Assembly (NCBI GenBank): GCA_025289735.1
Contig: GCA_025289735.1_4764.1
Source of the DNA: a phage
Reading direction: 5' to 3' (one strand)
DNA length: 37,440 nucleotides
The position numbers and the translations under genes are program-made. The notes under the pieces were generated by a model, which was given only the letters and a program-made list of their open reading frames with translations, had not been told where the DNA came from and ran no database searches. Each line of letters begins with the position of its first letter. Position 1 is the stretch's first letter. Positions 27,584 to 35,214 of this stretch are shown in pieces.

Positions 27584-27612
27584 ATCTTACTACTCCAGTT
27601 TCATCATGTCAA
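27584..27612 (-). promoter_or_regulatory. PeSL-like early promoter (-35 TTGACA, 17 bp, -10 TAAGAT)
   Basis: Plus strand atctta(27584-27589) and tgtcaa(27607-27612); spacer holds palindrome GGAGTAgtaagaTACTCC. Confidence 0.55.
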
Positions 27613-28175
27613 GCGTTAAATGACTTTTGGATCTCTTTCAGTTCAGCTACTTTATCGGCGCTATATTTTGCTTGATGTTCCATGCGCTTAATCTCACCTT
27701 TGATATAGGTTTCTAGCTTAGGTTTATTCTCAATCAGAAAATCTTTCAAGTCATCGGCATTTTTAAAGTATAGCTGATTGTCAAAGCTAAAATCTTCCAG
27801 CGTCAATGATACCAAAGAAGACTTCGCAAACAAGTTAATCAGACCTTCCAGAGATTCTTCTTTCTTAACTGGTTTCATTTCTTCAAACTGCTTTTTAGTG
27901 ATGCGTTTAAAGTATTTGCGCTCGCTTGCATCAATCAGAATCGATGCACCCTCATAATCATGAGTTTCTACCAAATACACATTACCCATAACATTAACGG
28001 TCAGAACTTTAAAGCCATTGCGAAGCACATCATGCAGGAATTTGTTATGTTGTGGGTATAGTTTAACAAATTCAACAGCAGCATTAACACTACGGAAAGT
28101 ATAGTAACGGCCTCGTTCAAAAACGGCATCATTTGAAGACTTAGCCAGATACACTTTATACGTTTTCTGTACCAT
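27609..28175 (-). CDS. paralog family member Q2 (~188 aa)
   Basis: NGFKVLTVNVMGNVYLVE..SERKYFKRIT core; ATG 28175 with AGAGGA SD. Confidence 0.6.
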   Translation of the reverse strand: MVQKTYKVYLAKSSNDAVFERGRYYTFRSVNAAVEFVKLYPQHNKFLHDVLRNGFKVLTVNVMGNVYLVETHDYEGASILIDASERKYFKRITKKQFEEMKPVKKEESLEGLINLFAKSSLVSLTLEDFSFDNQLYFKNADDLKDFLIENKPKLETYIKGEIKRMEHQAKYSADKVAELKEIQKSFNA

Positions 28176-28189
28176 AATACAATCCTCTA

Positions 28190-28462
28190 TCATTTCACTA
28201 ATTGAACAGCACGAAACAGAATGCGGTCACACGGAAGAAGCATAAATTCCCAACGCGGATCAAAGTCTTTAGCGGTGTATGTTTTCCCATCAACCGAGAT
28301 TTCACTTACATAACCAATAGGTGACACTTTAAGAACAGTAAACCCATTCTTGATGACTTCGTAGGTATCTTTCAAACCTTCGTAGTCATCCTCTAAGAAG
28401 TCTTTACGTGCTTGCTCAGATTTAAAAACATAGGCAACACCAGCTTTAAACATCTTACGCAT
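28190..28462 (-). CDS. paralog family member Q1 (~90 aa, single repeat domain)
   Basis: Track start lies inside the promoter -35; ATG 28462 has AAGGAG SD. MFKAGVAYVFKSEQARKDF..NGFTVLKV..VDGKTYTAKDF. Confidence 0.55.
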   Translation of the reverse strand: MRKMFKAGVAYVFKSEQARKDFLEDDYEGLKDTYEVIKNGFTVLKVSPIGYVSEISVDGKTYTAKDFDPRWEFMLLPCDRILFRAVQLVK

Positions 28463-28493
28463 TGTTGATTCTCCTTCTTGATTAGATGGGAGT

Positions 28494-28522
28494 ATTTTAC
28501 TACTCCCATTTCTTATTGTCAA
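28494..28522 (-). promoter_or_regulatory. PeSL-like early promoter (-35 TTGACA, 17 bp, -10 TAAAAT)
   Basis: Plus strand atttta(28494-28499) and tgtcaa(28517-28522); spacer palindrome GGGAGTAgtaaaaTACTCCC. Confidence 0.55.
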
Positions 28523-28525
28523 CTA

Positions 28526-28999
28526 CTATCTTAATCTTTGTATGAATTGTTTCTTATACTTCTTCGTGATTTCTTCTCGTGTATCAGCGTCGCAGTAATC
28601 GAAACCTTCTGCGTCCATAATAGCAACCATCTCCGCACGTGTCAAGCGTGAAAATCGTTTTACTTTATCAACAGCATATTGAGGATGTAAATGATTGTTG
28701 GTGTAGTCTCCTTTGATGTAATTAACATAGTTTGTAGCCCAAACAACGAAGTCAGCACCTAAAGCACCAACACCAAACCGTTTAAAGTCTCCGGTCAACG
28801 ATCCTTCTAGGCGGTTGCAACACGAATGAAGCAATCCCCTTACGCGGCCTTGCCCTTCCCCATCTAGATCGTGGTCGTGGTCAAGATGGTTTTTGCTCAT
28901 ATCCTCAAAAAGTGGCAATTGACAAAGGGGGCAAATGCCCCCCTGTTTTTCGAATAGTTCTTGTTTGTACTCTTTAGCACTCTTAGCAGTCAGTAACAT
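28526..28999 (-). CDS. 49: endonuclease VII, Holliday-junction resolvase (T4 gp49)
   Basis: MLLT.K..KE..F..Q.G.C.LCQ, NHLDHDHDL.G...G.VRGLL...CN..EG, DYT.N..HP; 157 aa from ATG 28999 (GGAGG SD), matching T4 gp49 length. Confidence 0.9.
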   Translation of the reverse strand: MLLTAKSAKEYKQELFEKQGGICPLCQLPLFEDMSKNHLDHDHDLDGEGQGRVRGLLHSCCNRLEGSLTGDFKRFGVGALGADFVVWATNYVNYIKGDYTNNHLHPQYAVDKVKRFSRLTRAEMVAIMDAEGFDYCDADTREEITKKYKKQFIQRLR

Positions 29000-29023
29000 A
29001 AATTCACCCTCCAAAGAAGGTAT

Positions 29024-29305
29024 TTAACCATTAATCTTGTTTTTGACTACAAAGGATCGGAACTCATCAAAACCACCGATATAATCACCATCATAGAAAA
29101 TCTGCGGCATGGTGGCAATAACTTCTACCCCTGCGCGATCCTGAATGTCGGCAATGATAGAATCAATCTTTACCGGACGACCGTTTTCGTCTACACCATC
29201 ATTAACCGGAATGTAGATGTAAGGGATCTTACGCGATTCACAAAGGCGCTTTGCATTCTGGCAATACTTACAGTTGTAACCTTCAAAACCAAAAATTTCT
29301 ACCAT
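29024..29305 (-). CDS. nrdC: thioredoxin NrdC
   Basis: CKYCQNAKRL (T4 CVYCDNAKRL) and TMPQIFYDGDYIGGFDEF (T4 TMPQVFAPDGSHIGGFDQL); ATG 29305 with GAGGT SD (track start is TTG). Confidence 0.85.
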   Translation of the reverse strand: MVEIFGFEGYNCKYCQNAKRLCESRKIPYIYIPVNDGVDENGRPVKIDSIIADIQDRAGVEVIATMPQIFYDGDYIGGFDEFRSFVVKNKING

Positions 29306-29313
29306 GTTATACC

Positions 29314-30126
29314 TCAATCTACGTTAGTTACATAAACTTCTTGCGTATCAGAAGACTTACCACCTGAACGATCTAGGCAATAGGTCTTATTCAACAGGAC
29401 GCAGTTTAGATCATTCCGCTTGATAAAGTCAAGAAGATGATCATTCACCTTTCCCTTATGATGCGTGACATTACTGATACCAAACTGAAAACCACGCGCC
29501 ATAATAGATTCTACCCACTGATAGAATTTAATCTCTTCCTCGTCACTCCAGAACTTATTATATTCCGCAGAAGTGATAAGGTACGGCGGGTCCAAATAAA
29601 CGAAATCACCTGGCAAGATCTCGATCTCGTCATATCGTCCAGAAGTAAAATTGATTCGACCGTCTTTGTTTTCTTCCTTAAAATTCAGGACACGCTCTAC
29701 CGCGTTTTCGTTAAAAGTCCGGCGACCAAAATTAGCATTAAATTCGCCCTTCCGGTTATGGCGGTTAATGTTGCTAAAACTATGCTGAATCAACACAAAC
29801 AGCGATAGCGGATCTGGATTCTCGTTATACTTCTTACGGAATGTCATGTAAGCGTCTTTATCTTCGCGAGACAAACCATTTTCGACAATAATCCGCTTGA
29901 TCATAAAAACCGGATCAGGACACTCATCAATCGCTTTGTACGCGTCAATTAAGCGGTGATCATAGTCATTAGCCAACACATCCCCTTCGACGTACAGAGA
30001 CACGCTCAAGCCGCCACAAAAGGCATCAACAAAGCGGTTATAGTGCTTAGGGAAATACTTACTAACATCTGGCAATAACTTTTCCTTATTGCCAGTATAG
30101 GGAATTAAACCTAATGCTTTCTTCAT
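29314..30126 (-). CDS. dam: DNA adenine methyltransferase (Dam, GATC N6-A)
   Basis: 270 aa; motifs YTGNK, RFVD.FCGGLSVSL, FVYLDPPYLIT, YNKFWS.EEE, SNV; colinear with T4 Dam. Confidence 0.9.
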   Translation of the reverse strand: MKKALGLIPYTGNKEKLLPDVSKYFPKHYNRFVDAFCGGLSVSLYVEGDVLANDYDHRLIDAYKAIDECPDPVFMIKRIIVENGLSREDKDAYMTFRKKYNENPDPLSLFVLIQHSFSNINRHNRKGEFNANFGRRTFNENAVERVLNFKEENKDGRINFTSGRYDEIEILPGDFVYLDPPYLITSAEYNKFWSDEEEIKFYQWVESIMARGFQFGISNVTHHKGKVNDHLLDFIKRNDLNCVLLNKTYCLDRSGGKSSDTQEVYVTNVD

Positions 30127-30557
30127 TATCCCTTCCTCAAATAAGTTCTCTCAATCTCTACCAGTTCGAAAAATTCTTGCCAGCCGCAAGGAAAATTGCA
30201 GTTTCCAAAATGATCCTCTTTGTAAAGTTCTTTACCGGATGGCAACTTAATATCTGTTACGCTGTAGTATCCGCAACAATCGCAATCACCCTCTGTATAT
30301 TCTGTTTTAGTCGGAATATCCATCATTGCCAGATACAAAGGTACATCGTCTTGCTCAAAGTTCATGTAACCTTCATGGTCGAATGAAACAAAGTTATCAT
30401 CGCCACCGAAAGGGATATAATGGTCATAATCGGTTACAGGTTGACCGTGTAATTCCCATTCTACAATTTTAACATTACCGCTAAACTTGATACCCATAAT
30501 TTCAACAAGAAAATGAGTATCGTCAATGTAAATCTTACTAGGGGTTGGATAAACCAT
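30126..30557 (-). CDS. hypothetical protein (143 aa), Cys-rich C-terminal half
   Basis: ORF track; ATG 30557; contains GDCDCCGYY..GNCNFPCGW. Confidence 0.55.
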   Translation of the reverse strand: MVYPTPSKIYIDDTHFLVEIMGIKFSGNVKIVEWELHGQPVTDYDHYIPFGGDDNFVSFDHEGYMNFEQDDVPLYLAMMDIPTKTEYTEGDCDCCGYYSVTDIKLPSGKELYKEDHFGNCNFPCGWQEFFELVEIERTYLRKG

Positions 30558-30567
30558 TATATAATCC

Positions 30568-30861
30568 TCATATCTCAGAGAATAGAATCTCTGTTAGCTT
30601 AACTGACTGCTCTCTGAATGTTAGCGTATACTCGAAAGGAAAGTCAACACCCAACTTCAAAAGAGAATAGCCTACAGCCTCTTTATGCTTATCGGTTAGG
30701 GCGATCCTAACCAATTCCCGTTGAATCTCTTTAGGCGGTGAATGGATAGTAACACGGGTATCATGTAATGTCCAGTCACCATTTCGAATTAAGATTAACG
30801 GTTTATCATCATTGAAGATCACCGACCCCTTTCCGGTCGGTGAATGTTTTATATTAATCAT
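30568..30861 (-). CDS. hypothetical protein (~97 aa)
   Basis: ORF track (TTG at 30864; ATG at 30861). Confidence 0.45.
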   Translation of the reverse strand: MINIKHSPTGKGSVIFNDDKPLILIRNGDWTLHDTRVTIHSPPKEIQRELVRIALTDKHKEAVGYSLLKLGVDFPFEYTLTFREQSVKLTEILFSEI

Positions 30862-31075
30862 CAAATTCTAAGAAATATTCTGGAACGATATAACCGTTAA
30901 AGTCATTGCACTTATAAAAATGTGGTGCATTCAATGCTGGATGAGCATTAGTAAAGAGTTTACCCTCTAGAAACAGAATGTAATTAATAGGTCTAATACC
31001 GACAGAATCAGGGTCTAAACCTTTTTCTTTCAGTTCAGCCAGCGTTAAAACTCGTCCAGATCGTAACTTAGCCAT
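30854..31075 (-). CDS. hypothetical protein (73 aa)
   Basis: ORF track; ATG 31075 with GGGGGT SD. Confidence 0.5.
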   Translation of the reverse strand: MAKLRSGRVLTLAELKEKGLDPDSVGIRPINYILFLEGKLFTNAHPALNAPHFYKCNDFNGYIVPEYFLEFDD

Positions 31076-31361
31076 GATTTACCCCCAATTCATCAAGATT
31101 ATGTCGCAGCATTTCAGAGTATTTTTCTACTTCCTTGATCTTAGTGTGGATCTCCACGATCTCATCTTCACTATCAGAAAGTTTAATGGCAATTGCTAGC
31201 GTGCTTTTACCAGCTTTCATAGTCTCTTTACGTTCAACCAATAGATCCGCGTGTTTCAGTAGCAGTTCTTCACGTCGAACATAAGCGACGGTCAAAGCCT
31301 CATCAGCGATTTCTAAAGCATTTTCAGCGACACCAACAACCATTTTACGAGTAGACAGCAT
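31068..31361 (-). CDS. hypothetical protein (97 aa)
   Basis: ORF track; ATG 31361 with GAGGTGA SD. Confidence 0.5.
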   Translation of the reverse strand: MLSTRKMVVGVAENALEIADEALTVAYVRREELLLKHADLLVERKETMKAGKSTLAIAIKLSDSEDEIVEIHTKIKEVEKYSEMLRHNLDELGVNHG

Positions 31362-31375
31362 AAATTCACCTCACA

Positions 31376-31684
31376 TTATTTCACGTTAACGCCGTCATCA
31401 ATCCAGCCGACGCTATTTTGTTTAACAGTTTTACCATAGGATGCATACTTAATCAAGCATGGTTTAACATCATTATCAAATCTTCCTAAACGTACTCCCA
31501 AATCAGGAATATCCATGTATGCGGCTTTATATCCCCATGTGCCGTATTCAGAATCAATCTCAACCGGACGGCCTTTAAAAGCATACACTACACCGTGACG
31601 GTCAACGATAACATAGCGATAGCCAGCCGGAAGATACACAGTTTCGCCGTAAACTTTAACTGGAGTAGCAGAAGAGATAAACAT
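31376..31684 (-). CDS. hypothetical protein (102 aa)
   Basis: ORF track; ATG 31684 with GAGGA SD, downstream of promoter 31719..31747. Confidence 0.55.
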   Translation of the reverse strand: MFISSATPVKVYGETVYLPAGYRYVIVDRHGVVYAFKGRPVEIDSEYGTWGYKAAYMDIPDLGVRLGRFDNDVKPCLIKYASYGKTVKQNSVGWIDDGVNVK

Positions 31685-31718
31685 AATATAATCCTCACAT
31701 CGTTCATTTGATGCGGTT

Positions 31719-31747
31719 ATTATAGGATAACCGCATTTTCATGTCAA
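31719..31747 (-). promoter_or_regulatory. PeSL-like early promoter (-35 TTGACA, 17 bp, -10 TATAAT; hairpin GCGGTTATcctataATAACCGC)
   Basis: Plus strand attata(31719-31724) and tgtcaa(31742-31747). Confidence 0.65.
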
Positions 31748-31754
31748 CAGTTTT

Positions 31755-32063
31755 TTAAAAATCTTCTTCCGGTTTATATCGACCGTCATCGACTGGTTTT
31801 GGAGTAAATCCTTTATGCGTGCGCGGCTTCGCTTCCGGTTTACCAGCAATCATCAAACCAAAACATTTCAGCCCCTTATAACACATAACAATATCAACCA
31901 CGGTCCACGTTATAGGCCATACGATTGCAGCAATACAAAATGCTCCTGTATCGACCTCTTTGGTGTCCTTGTCGAATCTGGCGTACAAGCAGAATACTAG
32001 ATACGAGATCATTGCACCAGCAGCCCAGATATAAAGCACATTAACAATATCTTGTGTTGTCAC
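31755..32063 (-). CDS. hypothetical membrane protein (~102 aa, two predicted TM segments)
   Basis: Track ORF 31755..32129 has a TTG start overlapping the upstream gene; an in-frame GTG at 32063 sits 5 nt after a perfect AAGGAGG SD. Hydrophobic stretches IWAAGAMISYLVFCL and AFCIAAIVWPITWTVVDIVM. Confidence 0.45.
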   Translation of the reverse strand: MTTQDIVNVLYIWAAGAMISYLVFCLYARFDKDTKEVDTGAFCIAAIVWPITWTVVDIVMCYKGLKCFGLMIAGKPEAKPRTHKGFTPKPVDDGRYKPEEDF

Positions 32064-32073
32064 ATTATCCTCC

Positions 32074-32352
32074 TTACATGTCTTGCAGTGCATAAAAGCA
32101 TTTTTCTTCGTAGTCATAGAAAATGTCAAAGTATGCCTTTTCTACATACTCACCATTGATCCAAGCGGCAGTTACAATCAGAGTGGTCCAGTTAGATCCG
32201 CTCTCAACGGTAAAGGTTTTAATACCCAGCTTCACAGCAAGGTCACGCGCAAACTGGTCGCAACCACGGCAGGAAGTGATATTGGAAGTTTTGATTTTAA
32301 AGCCACCGCGAGTTTTAGAAATTTCTACTTTAGCGAAAGACAGGTTGCTCAT
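32074..32352 (-). CDS. hypothetical protein (92 aa)
   Basis: Track start 32409 lies inside the promoter; ATG 32352 has AAGGAG SD. Leader sequence resembles that of gene 34954..35175. Confidence 0.5.
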   Translation of the reverse strand: MSNLSFAKVEISKTRGGFKIKTSNITSCRGCDQFARDLAVKLGIKTFTVESGSNWTTLIVTAAWINGEYVEKAYFDIFYDYEEKCFYALQDM

Positions 32353-32394
32353 TTTGATTCTCCTTAAGAAAGTGTGTTTCGTTTTGATGTGTGT

Positions 32395-32423
32395 AGTATA
32401 GGGGATCACCGATCCCCTGTCAA
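32395..32423 (-). promoter_or_regulatory. PeSL-like early promoter (-35 TTGACA, 17 bp with palindrome GGGGATCGGTGATCCCC, -10 TATACT)
   Basis: Plus strand agtata(32395-32400) and tgtcaa(32418-32423); spacer palindrome has two GATC sites. Confidence 0.6.
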
Positions 32424-32440
32424 CAACTTTTTTTATGATT

Positions 32441-32695
32441 TTAGTGAATTAACTCTACACCAAAATGAGGCACAGAGAACGCCTTACGAAACACATATTC
32501 ATCATGTTTAGGAATCGCGCCTAACCTCTCTATTTCGCTCGCTAACACGATAAACTGTTTATCCGGTGCATTTACCTTATATGCTTCAACAACGCACGGA
32601 AAACGCGTTTTAGAGAGTTCAGGATAGTTTTCTGACTCCATCAGGACAATGAATACTCTGTTACATTGATTGTAGAATCCTGTTTTTGATTTCAT
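32441..32695 (-). CDS. hypothetical protein (start uncertain)
   Basis: Track ORF 32441..32761 overlaps the paralog at 32661..32999 in another frame; shortest version starts at ATG 32695. No strong SD. Confidence 0.35.
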   Translation of the reverse strand: MKSKTGFYNQCNRVFIVLMESENYPELSKTRFPCVVEAYKVNAPDKQFIVLASEIERLGAIPKHDEYVFRKAFSVPHFGVELIH

Positions 32696-32999
32696 CAAGT
32701 TTTCTTCTCTGTACAATTCGTGCAATCTTCCTTTCATGATTTCGTTGGTTCTTGTCTTCACAGTTTACCCACTCAACAAGATCTTTACCTAACTCGAAAG
32801 CCCATTCTCGGTCTTGCTTTACGTTTTGTAGGTATGGACTTTCCGACACTCTACGAAGTGATGTTGTCGTAACAAGAATGACCCCAGGAATGGTCGGATG
32901 TTCCTTGCCATAAACAATAGGACGCGAGTCACTATCAATACCTTGTAAGAAGGTGTATCCTGAATCATTTAGAATCATATACATTTTCATTTCACACAT
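32661..32999 (-). CDS. small-protein family member ('GYTF' family), longest copy
   Basis: N-terminus MKMYMILNDSGYTFLQG resembles MKIEIIDRAGYTFMEK (32999..33256) and MKIKIEIFDDGGYSFMKG (33275..33478); ATG 32999 with GAGGAAA SD, overlapping upstream stop. Confidence 0.5.
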   Translation of the reverse strand: MCEMKMYMILNDSGYTFLQGIDSDSRPIVYGKEHPTIPGVILVTTTSLRRVSESPYLQNVKQDREWAFELGKDLVEWVNCEDKNQRNHERKIARIVQRRKLDEIKNRILQSM

Positions 33000-33256
33000 C
33001 ACAGTTTCCTCAACCAGTTATTAAAGCGAGTAAACCATGATGCTTTTCGTGCTTCTTTTACTTTATATGCACGCAAACCACTGAAACACCATTCATAATC
33101 ATCACTGAAACATGATTCAACAGGAACACCCGCATTTCGTAGTTCTCTGGTCTTTATCATGAATCCTTGACATAAGGGGCGACCTTCAACAATGATAGGA
33201 AGTTTAACTTTTTCCATGAAAGTATACCCAGCACGGTCAATAATTTCAATCTTCAT
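32999..33256 (-). CDS. small-protein family member ('GYTF' family, 85 aa)
   Basis: GYTFMEKVKLPIIVEGRP core; ATG 33256 with conserved leader GAGGATTATATT. Confidence 0.55.
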   Translation of the reverse strand: MKIEIIDRAGYTFMEKVKLPIIVEGRPLCQGFMIKTRELRNAGVPVESCFSDDYEWCFSGLRAYKVKEARKASWFTRFNNWLRKL

Positions 33257-33274
33257 AATATAATCCTCAATTGA

Positions 33275-33478
33275 TTACACTTCCCAGGCTTCTTTGCTAA
33301 GAAAACACCATTTATACTCAGGAGAATAACCTTTAATCGGTACTCCGGCTTTTTGTAATTCCTGCGTTTCAACAACATAATCATGCCCATACGGTCGGCC
33401 TTCCACGATGATAGGAAGTTTAACACCTTTCATGAAAGAATATCCACCATCGTCAAAAATTTCAATTTTAATTTTCAT
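33275..33478 (-). CDS. small-protein family member ('GYTF' family, 67 aa)
   Basis: GYSFMKGVKLPIIVEGRP core, matching the copy at 32999..33256; GGAGA SD. Confidence 0.55.
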   Translation of the reverse strand: MKIKIEIFDDGGYSFMKGVKLPIIVEGRPYGHDYVVETQELQKAGVPIKGYSPEYKWCFLSKEAWEV

Positions 33479-33501
33479 TTTACATTATCTCCATAGTTCT
33501 T

Positions 33502-33723
33502 TCAATCAATATCAATTTCACCAGCACGAACATCTAGGATAAGATGCGGTAGGTGTATGCAATTTTCCCAACCAATGCGCTTCATTTCTTCTACGGTAAC
33601 GTAAGCCCACCCGTTCGCTGTAATAAAGTCTACTTCAACCTTGAGAGGAAAGCAAGACTTTTCTATGTTTTCAAATCCGATAATGTGTTTTGTCGTTGAA
33701 TATGGAATATATCCGGTGATCAT
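33502..33723 (-). CDS. hypothetical protein (73 aa)
   Basis: ORF track; ATG 33723 overlaps stop of upstream gene (ATGA). Confidence 0.5.
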   Translation of the reverse strand: MITGYIPYSTTKHIIGFENIEKSCFPLKVEVDFITANGWAYVTVEEMKRIGWENCIHLPHLILDVRAGEIDID

Positions 33724-34154
33724 TTTGTGATCTCCTTATACTCAACACACCATAAGCGGGTAGCCCATGATAAACGCTCATAACGCTGGCAGAAATCGGA
33801 CCATAGATATTGTGCACCGTTCGGCATAGTTGAAATATGCGTTTTCTCTCCAACTTTCACGAAAGAAGTATTCGATTTTGTGATCTCGACCGGAGTATAT
33901 CCGAAAGCTGGTTCCAAGTCAACATCTGAACTAAATGCCAATTTAACAGAATTTGTTTTTCTGACCGCTGTCCGGTTTCCTTCTGGGTATAGCACAGCAG
34001 GTTTAGCGCCTAAGCGGATAAACTCAGTGTTTTTAATAAACAGAATATCATGATAACCGTCATATTCCGACACTTCCATAGTAACAGGAAAATCGACATG
34101 TGCTAAACCTGGTAGATCTCGCATATCATGAAAGGTCGCCATCAACTTTTTCAT
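33720..34154 (-). CDS. hypothetical protein (144 aa); C-terminal domain paralogous to 34165..34383
   Basis: C-terminal VEITKSNTSFVKVGEKTHISTM..YLWSDFCQRYERLSWATRLWCVEYKEITK matches IVITKSNMSFVEVGEHTHITTM..YIWSSFCKSYELLSWAIDVWKIEYEVITEE; GAGGAA SD. Confidence 0.55.
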   Translation of the reverse strand: MKKLMATFHDMRDLPGLAHVDFPVTMEVSEYDGYHDILFIKNTEFIRLGAKPAVLYPEGNRTAVRKTNSVKLAFSSDVDLEPAFGYTPVEITKSNTSFVKVGEKTHISTMPNGAQYLWSDFCQRYERLSWATRLWCVEYKEITK

Positions 34155-34176
34155 TCTATATTCCTCACTCTTCTGT
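34151..34176. repeat. 26-bp perfect direct repeat, copy 1 (tcattctatattcctcactcttctgt)
   Basis: Identical to 34380..34405; covers start codon and SD of two paralogous genes, marking a tandem duplication. Confidence 0.8.
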
Positions 34177-34383
34177 AATTACTTCATATTCAATTTTCCA
34201 TACATCAATCGCCCAGCTTAAAAGCTCATACGATTTACAGAAAGATGACCAAATATACTGTTTTCCGTGCATCGTTGTTATGTGTGTATGCTCACCAACT
34301 TCAACGAAAGACATATTTGACTTTGTGATAACTATAGGAATGCGACCGAAAGGTGGCGGTATTACTGATTCGTTGGTCTTCAT
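34165..34383 (-). CDS. hypothetical protein (~72 aa), paralog of the C-terminal domain of 33720..34154
   Basis: In-frame ATG 34383 carries the same SD/leader as its paralog (track ATG 34410 lacks an SD). Confidence 0.5.
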   Translation of the reverse strand: MKTNESVIPPPFGRIPIVITKSNMSFVEVGEHTHITTMHGKQYIWSSFCKSYELLSWAIDVWKIEYEVITEE

Positions 34384-34405
34384 TCTATATTCCTCACTCT
34401 TCTGT
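34380..34405. repeat. 26-bp perfect direct repeat, copy 2
   Basis: Identical to 34151..34176. Confidence 0.8.
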
Positions 34406-34591
34406 TTCATTTCTTTTATATGGTACTATAACAGGATTAATACAGCAAGCACCAATTACGTTATGAGCACCACAATTTAAGCATTTATAATCATGGAACT
34501 TATTAAGGAATCGCCCGAACTCATAACCGACTAACGCCGCGTGTACTTGAGTCTCGATCTCATCCATATCAGCCAATGTTTTAACCTTCAT
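34394..34591 (-). CDS. hypothetical Cys-rich small protein (~65 aa)
   Basis: ATG 34591 with conserved leader GAGGATTATATT (track ATG 34630 lacks it); contains CLNCGAHNVIGACC. Confidence 0.45.
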   Translation of the reverse strand: MKVKTLADMDEIETQVHAALVGYEFGRFLNKFHDYKCLNCGAHNVIGACCINPVIVPYKRNETEE

Positions 34592-34601
34592 AATATAATC
34601 C

Positions 34602-34892
34602 TCAAATACTGGTTTTGCGAAGATGGTCATTACATGCTTTTAATGCATCAGTCGAGGTGTCATAGCGAGTATTATCATAGCACCAATAACCATCTGTCAA
34701 CTGATAAATTAATCCATCCTTTTTAGCGTCGATGAAAGACAATTCTTTGAAAGTTTCTACTTTCTTTGCTGATACTCCACGGTCACGGCGTTTATAGAGT
34801 TTAGCTAAAACGCGTTCAGCTTGTTCCTCTTTATCGCCAGACAGATCCCAGATGACGTTTCTGATATGCTTGATTAATTGTTCAGTGGTCAT
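34602..34892 (-). CDS. hypothetical protein (96 aa)
   Basis: ORF track; ATG 34892 with AAGGAG SD downstream of promoter 34922..34949. Confidence 0.5.
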   Translation of the reverse strand: MTTEQLIKHIRNVIWDLSGDKEEQAERVLAKLYKRRDRGVSAKKVETFKELSFIDAKKDGLIYQLTDGYWCYDNTRYDTSTDALKACNDHLRKTSI

Positions 34893-34921
34893 ATTTGATT
34901 CTCCTTAGTTGGTATGGTTAT

Positions 34922-34949
34922 CATTATACGGGGATTTCTCCCCGTGTCA
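34922..34949 (-). promoter_or_regulatory. PeSL-like early promoter (-35 TTGACA, 16 bp with palindrome CGGGGAGAAATCCCCG, -10 TATAAT)
   Basis: Plus strand attata(34922-34927) and tgtcaa(34944-34949); spacer palindrome identical to that at 15259..15274. Confidence 0.65.
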
Positions 34950-34953
34950 ACAA

Positions 34954-35175
34954 TTAAATGATCTCTGCTTCACCGTTAAGGAAGAAGGACCAAGTTTTGT
35001 TAGGATAACGAAGCGCCCATGATTCAGCAGTTTTAACACCAGCTTCGAACAATTGACGGCTGGTTACTTTAGCCATACCATCTTCGATGGCAACGTTTTC
35101 AATAATCATCGGGTACTTAGCGCCACGCATGAAACCGAAGCCAGCGGAAGATTTGATGATTTTAACAGTTGCCAT
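34954..35175 (-). CDS. small-protein family member (73 aa), GYTF-like
   Basis: Track start lies upstream of the promoter; ATG 35175 with AGGAGA SD. MATVKIIKSSAGFGFMRGAKYPMIIEN resembles the GYTF/GYSF copies. Confidence 0.5.
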   Translation of the reverse strand: MATVKIIKSSAGFGFMRGAKYPMIIENVAIEDGMAKVTSRQLFEAGVKTAESWALRYPNKTWSFFLNGEAEII

Positions 35176-35214
35176 TTTTGATTCTCCTAGAAAGTGTCGT
35201 GTTTCGATGGGTGT

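Noticed and set aside
30576-30593. Palindrome CAGAGAatagaaTCTCTG near the 3' end of ORF 30568..30861
   Set aside because: Lies inside coding sequence with no flanking T-run or promoter hexamers; likely coincidental.
33671-33853. 60-aa track ORF overlapping two adjacent genes
   Set aside because: Straddles the junction of 33502..33723 and 33720..34154 in a different frame; no SD.
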